Assembly (NCBI GenBank): GCA_050945835.1
Contig: JBMNTR010000001.1
Coordinates: 84,090-148,089 of the forward strand
Direction: 5' to 3'
Origin: Christensenellales bacterium
GTDB lineage: Bacteria > Bacillota > Clostridia > Christensenellales > JBMNTQ01
DNA: 64,000 nucleotides
The first letter of the stretch is position 1. Each line of letters starts with the position of its first letter. The notes below the pieces were generated by a model. It did no database searches and was not told the DNA's origin. It saw only the letters and a list, made by a program, of their open reading frames with translations. Both the position numbers and the translations under genes were made by a program. Below are positions 37,024-46,075 of the stretch, piece by piece.

Positions 37024-38223
37024 CTAACGATAGACGAACATCACCTTGGCGGAAGTGCCCTGTTTGGCTTCTTCAAATGCGCGCTCATAGTCGTCGATGT
37101 CGTAGATACCGCCGATCGCCGGCATCACGTCGATCAGGCCGCTGGCCTGCAGATTGATCGCATCGTTGTAGGAGTTGTGCGCGGAAGAACCGATGCAGAA
37201 GGACAGCTTGCAGCCCTTCATCTGCAACGGGGTGTAGTTAAACTGTGCGCTTTCGCGGGAAATGCCGATCTGTATGATCTGGCTGTAGATACCCATCGCG
37301 CTGATCACGCCGGGCAGCACGATGTGCGGCAGGCCGGAGGCCTCCACCACATTGTCGATGCCCTTGCCGTTGGTTTCCTTCATGATCACATCGTGCATGG
37401 AAATACCCTTTTCGGCCAATTCGATCGGGTTGTAGACCACGTCCGCACCCATCTTCAAGGCTGCTTGGCGGCGGGATTCCTTCGTTTCAACACAGATGAT
37501 CTTGCTGGAGCCCGCGACTTTCAGGATCGCTACGGACATCAGGCCGATCGCGCCCGCGCCGAACACCAGCGATGTGGTGCCGATGCGGATACCGCCGGCT
37601 TTATCGATGATGGAGTTGAAAGCCACGCAGATCGGTTCGACCATCGCGCCGCGCACCCATGCATCATCCCCTTTGCCGTATTTTTCCACGATGCCGTTCA
37701 TGTTATACACCCATTTTGCGGGCACTGTGCAGTATTCTGCCATGCCGCCGTTTTGGGTGATGCCCACTTCGTCGAGATGCAGGCATTGGTTGTGATACCC
37801 TGCGCGGCAGGGATCGCAGGTGCCGCACCAGCCCATCGTCTCGGAAGCGACGTAATCGCCCACCTTGACATTGGTGACATTTGCACCGGCTTCTATGACT
37901 TCGCCGCAGAACTCATGACCCAACACGATGTTCATCCGGCAGTGCCCCGGAAACTCCATGTAGCCGTCGCTGTCCAGATCGGTAAACGCGACATCGGTTC
38001 CGCAGATGCCCACGCCTTTTACCTTCAGAAGAACATCGTCCGGCCCGGGCTGCACGACAGGGATATCTTTGCGATACTCCAGCTTGCAGTTGCGCCAGAT
38101 CATATTCCCTCTTCTTGTTTTTCCAGTTGTTTTTTCGTATTCCGTCAGCTCCAGACCCGGTTTAGGATCCCAATCTCCTGAGCAGAATAATCCCTTCATT
38201 ACATCCGGCATTTGATCATCCAT
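37024..38223 (-). CDS. zinc-dependent medium-chain dehydrogenase with an N-terminal extension (possibly inosose/polyol dehydrogenase-like)
   Basis: GICGTDV, GHEFCGEV, CGTCDPCRAGYHNQC, GAGAIGL. The extended N-terminus FCSGDWDPKPG recalls scyllo-inosose 3-dehydrogenase-type proteins, but that recall is low confidence. Confidence 0.8.
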   Translation of the reverse strand: MDDQMPDVMKGLFCSGDWDPKPGLELTEYEKTTGKTRRGNMIWRNCKLEYRKDIPVVQPGPDDVLLKVKGVGICGTDVAFTDLDSDGYMEFPGHCRMNIVLGHEFCGEVIEAGANVTNVKVGDYVASETMGWCGTCDPCRAGYHNQCLHLDEVGITQNGGMAEYCTVPAKWVYNMNGIVEKYGKGDDAWVRGAMVEPICVAFNSIIDKAGGIRIGTTSLVFGAGAIGLMSVAILKVAGSSKIICVETKESRRQAALKMGADVVYNPIELAEKGISMHDVIMKETNGKGIDNVVEASGLPHIVLPGVISAMGIYSQIIQIGISRESAQFNYTPLQMKGCKLSFCIGSSAHNSYNDAINLQASGLIDVMPAIGGIYDIDDYERAFEEAKQGTSAKVMFVYR

Positions 38224-38287
38224 CCTTTCTTCGATACATTCTTTAGATTATAAAACAGATTTGAACTGTTTTACTGGCCGACCCCTT

Positions 38288-38313
38288 CGTGTATGTAAAT
38301 TGTTACATACACG
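38288..38313. promoter_or_regulatory. 26-bp perfect palindrome (candidate operator) upstream of the dehydrogenase gene
   Basis: CGTGTATGTAA-ATTG-TTACATACACG, 65-90 bp upstream of the start at 38223. Confidence 0.5.
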
Positions 38314-38601
38314 AACGCAAGCCTTTATAGACCTATGACATATGAATTATACCATGATACAAAACGGAACGGCTATAGTATTTCTTGCTTAATATGGTTA
38401 TAAGCGCAAATATTGAAGCTTTCAGCAGGGGATTTGTCGTATTTATTGTGGTATAATAACTGTTAAGCAGCTGTTTGTAATCTTATGCGCGTGTATGGTT
38501 TGATGCGGCCGGCATGACGGCCGGCATGCAAAACGTGCGTGCGCAGAGGTTCGTTTGCACTATAAGGGCTTTCAAACGGCTTTAAAGGAGGAACAGAATT
38601 A

Positions 38602-39297
38602 TTGTATTGGCCCATGTATTATCGTGATCCATATTTCTGGATCATCATCGTTTGTTTGCTGATCAGCGTAGCCGCGCAGATACGCATCAGCGCAGCTTTT
38701 AAAAAATATTCTAAAATGCGCACACAAAAAGGTTTTTCAGGCCTGCAGGTGGCCACCGGTATTCTGAAGACCAAGGGCTTGTATGAGATACAGATCTGGC
38801 AAACCAAAGGAAAGCTGACCGACCATTACGATCCCAAACGCAATGTCGTGAAGCTCTCCGAGCCGGTGTATGGTTCCAGCTCCATCGCCGCGTGCGCGGT
38901 GGCGGCGCATGAAGCCGCGCATGTGCTGCAGGGTGCGGACGGCTATGGCCCGTATAGACTTCGCCGCGCGCTGGTTCCGATGACGAATCTAGTTTCCAGG
39001 CTTGCGTTTCCGCTGATCCTGCTGGGAATATTTATGGGCTATCCCGCCCTTATTCAAGTTGGCGTGGTCGCCTATGGCGTGGTGCTGGTGTTTCAGTTGG
39101 TGACGCTGCCTGTGGAGTATAACGCGAGCAGCCGCGCGCTGGATGAACTCACGGCGCACGGTTATGTCGTGAGCGACGAGATTCATGCGTGCAGAAAGAT
39201 GCTCAACGCGGCGGCGCTGACGTATGTCGCGGCGGCACTGGTGACGCTTTTGCAGATGCTGCGGCTGGTGTTGCTTGCAAACAGCCGGCGGCGCTAG
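38602..39297 (+). CDS. membrane zinc metallopeptidase (Zn_peptidase_2 / YugP-like)
   Basis: HEAAHVLQ motif. N-terminal and C-terminal TM helices. FKKYSKM motif typical of the family. Confidence 0.8.
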   Translation: MYWPMYYRDPYFWIIIVCLLISVAAQIRISAAFKKYSKMRTQKGFSGLQVATGILKTKGLYEIQIWQTKGKLTDHYDPKRNVVKLSEPVYGSSSIAACAVAAHEAAHVLQGADGYGPYRLRRALVPMTNLVSRLAFPLILLGIFMGYPALIQVGVVAYGVVLVFQLVTLPVEYNASSRALDELTAHGYVVSDEIHACRKMLNAAALTYVAAALVTLLQMLRLVLLANSRRR

Positions 39298-39307
39298 AAA
39301 ATTCTGC

Positions 39308-39336
39308 TTGCATAATCGCAAAGATCGGAATATAAT
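39308..39336 (+). promoter_or_regulatory. sigma-A-type promoter of the aro leader
   Basis: TTGCAT (39308-39313), 17 nt spacer, TATAAT (39331-39336). Confidence 0.65.
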
Positions 39337-39364
39337 AGATCAGACAATGAAAAGGAGAACAGAC

Positions 39365-39460
39365 ATGGCGCAGGTAGGCAACGCAAACTATTTTTACTTT
39401 ATGAGCCGCTTTTGTGGCTATTTTGCGTACCCTCACACAACAGCCGTCCAGAGTCTGTAA
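39365..39460 (+). CDS. candidate aro-operon leader peptide (31 codons, 4 Phe + 4 Tyr)
   Basis: AGGAG lies 7 nt upstream of the ATG. Sequence MAQVGNANYFYFMSRFCGYFAYPHTTAVQSL. A terminator hairpin follows 27 nt downstream. Confidence 0.45.
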   Translation: MAQVGNANYFYFMSRFCGYFAYPHTTAVQSL

Positions 39461-39486
39461 TCTGCTTTAAGCAAATTTTATGAATT

Positions 39487-39516
39487 GAGGCTCTCGATGG
39501 ACGAGAGCCTTTTTTA
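39487..39516 (+). terminator. intrinsic terminator (attenuator) between the leader ORF and aroF
   Basis: AGGCTCTCG-ATGGA-CGAGAGCCT followed by TTTTTT. It ends 24 nt before the aroF ATG. Confidence 0.75.
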
Positions 39517-39539
39517 ATTGTCAGGAGGGAAGAATTGAC

Positions 39540-40583
39540 ATGATCATCATCATGCGGCCGGACGCCAGCGAATGCGAAGTGCAAAACATCGAACACGAAT
39601 TGGAAAACGACGGCCTGCAAGTCCAGAAGAACCTGGGCACACACTGCGTTGTGCTCGGCGTGATCGGGGACACTACCATCGTGGACAAGGAGAAATACAA
39701 TCTGCGCAGCGGCGTGGATCGTATATTGAAAGTGCAGGAGCCTTTTAAAAAGGCCAACAGGAAATTCCATCCCGAGCCCAGCGTAATCGAGGTGGGCGGG
39801 ATTAAAATCGGCGGCGGGCGGCTGTGCGTGGCCGCGGGGCCTTGCTCTGTGGAGAGCGAAGAGCAGATCGAAAGCATCGCGCAATCGGTCAAGCAGAGCG
39901 GCGCGCAGTTCTTGCGCGGCGGCGCATACAAGCCGCGCTCCTCCCCTTATTCGTTCCAGGGGCTGAAGGATGACGGACTCAGGCTTTTACATGAGGCGCG
40001 CAAAGAAACGGGGCTGCCCATCATTTCGGAGCTGCTGGCGCTGGAGCATATGGACGCCTTTTTCCGCTACGACGTGGATGTGATACAGATCGGCGCGCGC
40101 AACATGCAGAATTTTGAATTGCTCAAGCATGTGGGGGAGATCGACAAGCCGGTGATGCTCAAGCGGGGGTTATCCTGCACCATCGAGGAATGGCTGATGT
40201 CGGCGGAATATATCATGTCCAAGGGGAATGAAAAAGTTATCCTTTGCGAGCGGGGTATTAGGACATTCGAAACCTATACGCGCAACACGCTGGATGTAAG
40301 CGCCATACCCGCCGTCAAGCGTTTAAGCCACCTGCCCATCATGGTGGATCCATCGCATGCGGCGGGGCTTTGGTGGATGGTGGAGCCGCTTTCATTGGCG
40401 GCGGTGGCGGCGGGTGCCGACGGGCTGCTGGTGGAGGTGCACAACGACCCGGAACACGCGTTAAGCGACGGCGCGCAGTCCATTACGCCCAAACGTTTTG
40501 CCGGGTTGATGAACAAGATCAGGGTCATCAGCTCGGTGACAGGGCACGATCTGCAGGAGGATCGCTATGCAAATCACAATTAA
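39540..40583 (+). CDS. aroF: 3-deoxy-7-phosphoheptulonate (DAHP) synthase, type I-beta with an N-terminal ferredoxin-like regulatory domain
   Basis: GPCSVES, LRGGAYKPRSSPYSFQGL and DPSHA motifs. An extra N-terminal domain of about 70 aa resembles that of Thermotoga-type DAHPS. Confidence 0.9.
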   Translation: MIIIMRPDASECEVQNIEHELENDGLQVQKNLGTHCVVLGVIGDTTIVDKEKYNLRSGVDRILKVQEPFKKANRKFHPEPSVIEVGGIKIGGGRLCVAAGPCSVESEEQIESIAQSVKQSGAQFLRGGAYKPRSSPYSFQGLKDDGLRLLHEARKETGLPIISELLALEHMDAFFRYDVDVIQIGARNMQNFELLKHVGEIDKPVMLKRGLSCTIEEWLMSAEYIMSKGNEKVILCERGIRTFETYTRNTLDVSAIPAVKRLSHLPIMVDPSHAAGLWWMVEPLSLAAVAAGADGLLVEVHNDPEHALSDGAQSITPKRFAGLMNKIRVISSVTGHDLQEDRYANHN

Positions 40584-41625
40584 CAGCAAACAGGGCGAAA
40601 GCCGTGTGTTCATTGAAAAGGGCTGTCTGCACCGCCGGCTGGCGGATGTGGCCGAAGGGTACGGTGAGGTGCTGGTGGTAAGCGATGAAAACGTGGCGCC
40701 ATTGTATGCCGAAAAAGTGGTGCAGACATTGCTGCACGCGGGCAAAAAGGTGAAGCTGCATGTGATCCCCCCGGGGGAGACAAGCAAGAGCCGGCAAGAG
40801 CTTTTTGCGCTCTATGCAAAGGCGATAGACGCAGGCGTCACCCGCGGCGGCGCGGTCTGTGCGCTGGGCGGCGGCGTGGTGGGCGATCTGGCGGGCTTCG
40901 CCGCGGCCACGCTGTACCGGGGGGTGGGGCTCATTCAAATTCCTACCACGCTGCTCTCTATGGTGGACAGCGCCATCGGCGGCAAGACGGCCATCAACCT
41001 AAGAGAAGGCAAGAACCTGGTCGGCGCGTTCTACCAGCCGCATAGCGCCATCATCGACCCGGATTGCCTGGCTTCTTTGCCCGATCGCGAGCTCAGGTGC
41101 GGGCTGGCGGAGGTGATCAAATACGCGCTGATACGCGACGCGGCGCTGTATGAGGAGCTGCTTGGCTATGATGAGCAGACGATCCAGCCAAGGCTTGCAC
41201 CCATCATCGCGCGCTGCTGTCTGCTTAAAAAGGCATATGTGGAGCAGGACACCTTCGATGTGGGCAGCAGGATGGAGCTGAATTTCGGGCATACGCTGGG
41301 CCACGCGCTGGAAAAGCAGGCCCTTGGACATTTGCTGCACGGGGAGGCTGTGGCCATGGGCATGGCGGCGGCGGCGGGCTGGAGCGAAGCGCTGGGCGTG
41401 TGCGCTGCGGGCACGCGGCAGCGTGTGCTTGAAATCCTCGCGCAATATGGGCTGAAGGTGTGCCCTATGGATGTGAACACCGAATTCCTGAAAAAGGATA
41501 AAAAAGCGTTTGGGGAGGGAATCAATGTGGTGTTGTTGAATCGTATAGGCGATGCGGTGGTGAAGAACCTTCCCATAGAAGAACTTATCCGCATGATTTT
41601 GGAAAGGAATGAATCGGAGGCATAA
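40567..41625 (+). CDS. aroB: 3-dehydroquinate synthase
   Basis: GGGVVGDLAGFAAATLYRGV, TTLLSMVDSAIGGKTAIN and FGHTLGHALE. Confidence 0.9.
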   Translation: MQITINSKQGESRVFIEKGCLHRRLADVAEGYGEVLVVSDENVAPLYAEKVVQTLLHAGKKVKLHVIPPGETSKSRQELFALYAKAIDAGVTRGGAVCALGGGVVGDLAGFAAATLYRGVGLIQIPTTLLSMVDSAIGGKTAINLREGKNLVGAFYQPHSAIIDPDCLASLPDRELRCGLAEVIKYALIRDAALYEELLGYDEQTIQPRLAPIIARCCLLKKAYVEQDTFDVGSRMELNFGHTLGHALEKQALGHLLHGEAVAMGMAAAAGWSEALGVCAAGTRQRVLEILAQYGLKVCPMDVNTEFLKKDKKAFGEGINVVLLNRIGDAVVKNLPIEELIRMILERNESEA

Positions 41626-41628
41626 CAC

Positions 41629-42873
41629 ATGGAAATAACGATTGCGCATGCAAAGCTTTCAGGCACTTTGGCAGTACCCCCCTCCAAGAGCTATGCGCAC
41701 CGCGCGCTCATATGCGCGGCGCTGGCGAAGGGCGATTCCGTGCTGCATCCGGTGGCGTACTGCGACGATGCGGCGGCTACCGCCCATGCGCTGAGTGCCA
41801 TGGGGCTGTGCACCATCGAGCGAAAAGGGGAGACTGTGTTCGTATCAGGGGGCGGACAGGGCAATGCCGGTGCGACCATAGACTGCAACGAATCGGGCTC
41901 CACGCTGCGGTTTTTGCTGCCTGTGTCCCTTTTGTTTGGCGGCAATGTCTTCTCAGGGCGCGGACGGCTGATGAAGCGGCCCATGGAGCCGTTCCAGCAG
42001 CTATGCGCGCAGCAGGGCTTTATGATGAATGTCGTGCAGGATGAGATCAGGCTGCGGGGCATGCTGCGCGACGGGAATTATGAACTGAGCGGCAATGTGA
42101 GCTCGCAGTTTATCAGCGGTATGCTGATGGCCTTGCCCCGTTGCGGCGGGTCCATCACGATCACCACGGCATTGCAGTCCAGCCGGTATGTGGATATGAC
42201 CATAGAGGTGATGCGCGCGTTCGGCGTGACGGTCACACAGACCAACACGGGCTTTCTCATAGAACAACAAAGCTATCAGCCCGCAAAATACACGGTGGAG
42301 GGTGATTATTCCTCTGCGGCTTTCTTCTTGGTGATGGGCGCTTTGGGCGCGCGTGTATGCGTGAAGGGATTGCGGAAGGATTCCCTGCAGCCGGACGCGA
42401 GCCTGCTGCGTATATTGCAGGACATGGGCGCGGATGTGTGTGTGGGTCATGAAGGCGTAAGTGTTGCGGGCGAGGCGCTGCGCGCTGTGGATGTGGACGT
42501 TTCGCAGTACCCCGACCTGCTGCCTGTATTGGCGGTGGCCGCAAGTGCTGTGCAGGGAAAGACACGCTTTTACAATGCGCTGCGGCTGCGCTATAAGGAA
42601 AGCGACCGCATACAGTCCACACAGGATATGATCAACGCGCTGGGCGGAGAGGCGGAATCCACGCAGGACGAGCTGACGGTGTATGGCATGGGCGGGCTTC
42701 GCGGCGGGCGGGTGGACGCATGCGGGGATCACAGGATCGCCATGGCGGCGGCGACGGCCGCCGTATGCTGCACACAGCCCGTGGTCATTCAGGGGGCTGA
42801 GTGTGTGTCCAAGAGCATGCCGGATTTTTTTGAAGCCTACCAGCGCCTGGGCGGCGATGTGCAGGCGACTTAA
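41629..42873 (+). CDS. aroA: 3-phosphoshikimate 1-carboxyvinyltransferase (EPSP synthase)
   Basis: PPSKSYAHRALICAAL, NESGSTLRFL, KESDRI and DHRIAMAAA. Confidence 0.95.
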   Translation: MEITIAHAKLSGTLAVPPSKSYAHRALICAALAKGDSVLHPVAYCDDAAATAHALSAMGLCTIERKGETVFVSGGGQGNAGATIDCNESGSTLRFLLPVSLLFGGNVFSGRGRLMKRPMEPFQQLCAQQGFMMNVVQDEIRLRGMLRDGNYELSGNVSSQFISGMLMALPRCGGSITITTALQSSRYVDMTIEVMRAFGVTVTQTNTGFLIEQQSYQPAKYTVEGDYSSAAFFLVMGALGARVCVKGLRKDSLQPDASLLRILQDMGADVCVGHEGVSVAGEALRAVDVDVSQYPDLLPVLAVAASAVQGKTRFYNALRLRYKESDRIQSTQDMINALGGEAESTQDELTVYGMGGLRGGRVDACGDHRIAMAAATAAVCCTQPVVIQGAECVSKSMPDFFEAYQRLGGDVQAT

Positions 42874-42913
42874 ACCCGCGGCCGCCATCAAGCGAAAGGA
42901 CGGATAGACGGAT

Positions 42914-43999
42914 ATGGGATCTACATGGGGGAAGAATATACGCATCAGCTTATTTGGAGAATCGCATGGCGCCGGTGTGGGCATCGTGCTGGACGGGCTG
43001 CCGCCGGGGTTTGCGCTGGATAAGGCACAGATCACGCGTGAGATGGCGCGCCGCGCGCCGGGAAAGGGCGCATACACCACTCCGCGCGCCGAGAGCGACG
43101 CGGTGCGGGTATTGAGCGGGCTTTATGAAGGCAAGACCACCGGAGCCCCGCTGATGGCGCTCATCGACAACGAAAACGTGCGTTCTGCTGATTATCAAAC
43201 CAACCTGCCCCGGCCTTCACATGCGGATTATACGGCCTTCATCAAATACGGCGGCTTTGCCGATATGCGGGGCGGCGGGCATTTTTCCGGCAGGCTGACC
43301 GCGCCTGTCGTGTTTGCGGGCGCTGTGGCGAAGCAATTGCTGCAAAAAGAGGGCGTGACCATCGGCGCGCATATACTGCGTGTGGGTGATGTGTATGATA
43401 CGCCTTTTGACGCGTGTACCGTAGATGAAGCGCAATTGAAAGCGCTTTGTGAGCAGGTGTTTCCTGTGGTGGACCCGCAGGCTGGAAAGGACATGAAACA
43501 GCGGATAGAAGACGCGCGCGCCCAAGGGGATTCTGTGGGCGGTATGGTGGAATGCGCGGCCGTCGGGCTGATTGCGGGCTGGGGCGAGCCGTTCTTCGAA
43601 AGTGCCGAGAGCGTGATCGCGGGGCTTTTGTTCTCCATCCCGGGGATCAAGGGCGTCACGTTTGGCGCGGGCATGGATTTTGCCTCTTTATGCGGCTCAC
43701 AGGCCAACGATGCGCCGGTGCTTGCGGATGGGTGCGTGCGTACACGCACGAATCACAGCGGCGGCATAGCCGGCGGCATTACAAACGGCATGCCTCTGGT
43801 GGTGCAGGCCGTCATGAAGCCCACACCTTCCATACACAAAGAGCAGCACACGGTGGATCTGAACACCATGCGCCCGGCGAAGCTCGAAATTCAAGGAAGG
43901 CACGACCCTTGCATCGTACCGCGCGCGCTGGCGGCGGTGGAGGCGTGTGTGGCGCTGGGTCTACTGGAGCTTGCGATGGAAAGGAAAAAAAGGATATGA
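42914..43999 (+). CDS. aroC: chorismate synthase
   Basis: FGESHG, RPSHADY, GGGHFSGR and SGGIAGGITNG signatures. Confidence 0.95.
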   Translation: MGSTWGKNIRISLFGESHGAGVGIVLDGLPPGFALDKAQITREMARRAPGKGAYTTPRAESDAVRVLSGLYEGKTTGAPLMALIDNENVRSADYQTNLPRPSHADYTAFIKYGGFADMRGGGHFSGRLTAPVVFAGAVAKQLLQKEGVTIGAHILRVGDVYDTPFDACTVDEAQLKALCEQVFPVVDPQAGKDMKQRIEDARAQGDSVGGMVECAAVGLIAGWGEPFFESAESVIAGLLFSIPGIKGVTFGAGMDFASLCGSQANDAPVLADGCVRTRTNHSGGIAGGITNGMPLVVQAVMKPTPSIHKEQHTVDLNTMRPAKLEIQGRHDPCIVPRALAAVEACVALGLLELAMERKKRI

Positions 44000-45099
44000 G
44001 CCTTACGGAATACAGAAAAGAGATCGACGCGATCGATGCGCACATGCTGGAGCTGCTGCAAAAGCGCATGGACGTTGCGCGCAAGGTGGGCGCATACAAG
44101 GCAGAGCACGGAATGGCGGTTACGGATGCGGCGCGGGAGAAAGAGATCATCCACATGCGGCAGCAACAGGCGGAGAATGCGGATTACGCCGCATATGTCG
44201 CACAATTCATGCGGTGTGTGATGGAATTGAGCAAGGCGGAGCAGCGCAAGGTGATGCCTGCATGTGAGCTTGCAAAACCGCACGCGGAAGAGAAAGAGCT
44301 GATCGTCGCTTATCAGGGCATAGCGGGCGCTTATGGCGAGCTGGCCGCGCGCGCCTATTTTCCTGAAGCCGCGCTTTGTCCGGTTTCGGCGTTTGACGAT
44401 GTGTTCTGCGCCGTGATGCAGGAGCGGGCGGACTATGGCGTTGTGCCTGCGGATAACGTATACGCCGGTGCGGTGATGGATGTCTATGAGCTGCTGACCA
44501 AAAACGATTGCTTTATCGTAGGCGAGCAGATGGTGGGTGTGCAGCACTGTCTGCTGGGTCTGTCCGGCGTGCGCTTGAGCGATATCAAAGAGGTGTATTC
44601 GCATCCGCAGGCGCTTGCGCAGTGCCGGGAGGTCATACAGGCGAACGGCTGGCGCAGACATACCACGGACAACACGGCGTCGGCTGCGAAAGCTGTGCGG
44701 GATATGCAGGACAAAACCTGTGCCGCCATCGCGTCGCCTGAGTGCGCGGAGGAGTACGGCCTTCACGTGCTAAACGGCTGCCTGCGCGCAAACAACCAGA
44801 CTCGATTTTTGATACTGGGCCGGCAGATGCGGTGTGACGAAAGCAGCGACAAGACGAGCATCGTGTTTACAACCCGGCATGAGCAGGGTGCGCTGTGCGA
44901 TGCGCTCGCCTGTTTTAAGCACGAACGCATCAATCTGTTAAAAATTGAGTCCTGTCCGTCTGCTGTGCGGTGGGAATATGATTTCTTTGCGGATTTTGAA
45001 GGATCGGTGCAGGAGGCGCATGTCCAACGCGCGTTGTCGGCGCTTGAAAAAATCGCGAAGGTACGCGTCTTAGGATGTTACAGAGCGTGCAGGGCATAA
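43996..45099 (+). CDS. pheA: bifunctional chorismate mutase / prephenate dehydratase with a C-terminal ACT domain
   Basis: ATGA overlap with aroC. LTEYRKEIDAIDAHMLELLQKRMDVARKVGAYK is the chorismate mutase part. YQGIAGAYGE...TRFLILG is the prephenate dehydratase part, followed by ACT. The tracked ORF 43552-45099 over-extends into aroC. Confidence 0.9.
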   Translation: MSLTEYRKEIDAIDAHMLELLQKRMDVARKVGAYKAEHGMAVTDAAREKEIIHMRQQQAENADYAAYVAQFMRCVMELSKAEQRKVMPACELAKPHAEEKELIVAYQGIAGAYGELAARAYFPEAALCPVSAFDDVFCAVMQERADYGVVPADNVYAGAVMDVYELLTKNDCFIVGEQMVGVQHCLLGLSGVRLSDIKEVYSHPQALAQCREVIQANGWRRHTTDNTASAAKAVRDMQDKTCAAIASPECAEEYGLHVLNGCLRANNQTRFLILGRQMRCDESSDKTSIVFTTRHEQGALCDALACFKHERINLLKIESCPSAVRWEYDFFADFEGSVQEAHVQRALSALEKIAKVRVLGCYRACRA

Positions 45100-45103
45100 A
45101 AAT

Positions 45104-45131
45104 GCGGCGGTGATCCGTAGATCACCGCCGC
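45104..45131. terminator. hairpin between convergent pheA and aroE
   Basis: 12 bp stem GCGGCGGTGATC/GATCACCGCCGC with a 4 nt loop. The T-run is on the minus-strand side only. Confidence 0.7.
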
Positions 45132-45140
45132 CGGGAGACT

Positions 45141-46019
45141 TTATTTGGTGGTCAGCACTTTATGTGCGGCTGTGCGTGCTTTTTCATAGGCTTCCTTGTC
45201 GACCTTGAGCCCGAGCAGGCAGTTGAGCACCAGCATCGCCTGAAAGAGCAGCATGCCCAGACCGTCGATGGTGTGCAGCTTGCGTCTTCTTGCATGCCTT
45301 AGGATTTCCGTTTCGATGGGGTTGTATATGACATCCATCACGATGGCGTTCTCCGGAAGCTCGTTGATGAAGGCCAGGCTCCTGTAATCCGCGCCGGTGT
45401 GCTTCATGCCCAGCGAGCTCGCTTGTATGAGTATATCCGCTTCATGGCAGCTGACTTCCAATTCGTTGGGGGTGAGCCCGCCGAAATAGGTTTCGATGCC
45501 GTGTTCCAGGTTGATCAGACTGGCCATATTTTCCGCCTTGCTCACGGTGCGGTTCAACAGCGTGATGCGCTGCACACCCTCACGTGCCAAGGCGTCGCAG
45601 ATGGTGCCTGTCACATCGCCGGCGCCCAGCACCACCACGCGCTTGTCGAACAAGTCCACACCTTCGTTCTTGATGGCGAGCACAAGGCCGTCACCGTCGA
45701 ACATATGTCCATAAAGCTTTTCATTCTCCACGCGCACCGTGTTGGCCGCGCCAAACAGGCTGACCGTATCGCTCAGCTCGTAGAGATAGGGGAGTATGGC
45801 CGCCTTGTGCGGCATGGTGACATTGAAACCCACCATGTTCATCATGGGGAGGCTTTCGCGGAATCTGTTCAGATCCCCCTGCTTGACATGAAAAGGCAGA
45901 TAGACGGCGTTGATGTCGTAGTAATCGAAGATGGTGTTGTGCACCAACGGGGAGACGCTGTGGGCAACCGGGTCCCCGACCACGCCCAATATCAGCGCAT
46001 TGGTATCAATTATACTCAT
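45141..46019 (-). CDS. aroE: shikimate dehydrogenase
   Basis: LGVVGDPVAHSVSPLVHN, NVTMPHK and VLGAGDVTGT. ATG at 46019 after GGAGGAG. Confidence 0.9.
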   Translation of the reverse strand: MSIIDTNALILGVVGDPVAHSVSPLVHNTIFDYYDINAVYLPFHVKQGDLNRFRESLPMMNMVGFNVTMPHKAAILPYLYELSDTVSLFGAANTVRVENEKLYGHMFDGDGLVLAIKNEGVDLFDKRVVVLGAGDVTGTICDALAREGVQRITLLNRTVSKAENMASLINLEHGIETYFGGLTPNELEVSCHEADILIQASSLGMKHTGADYRSLAFINELPENAIVMDVIYNPIETEILRHARRRKLHTIDGLGMLLFQAMLVLNCLLGLKVDKEAYEKARTAAHKVLTTK

Positions 46020-46075
46020 GGAACTCCTCCTGAATCGCACCGCACCTCCAACAAAATCTTATGCTGAAGGAAAGG

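Noticed and set aside
43552-43995. The 5' extension of the tracked 515-aa ORF (43552-45099), which overlaps aroC.
   Set aside because: The extension is out of frame with, and internal to, chorismate synthase, and it is Arg/Gly-rich. The chorismate mutase domain starts at the ATG at 43996, which overlaps the aroC stop codon (ATGA).
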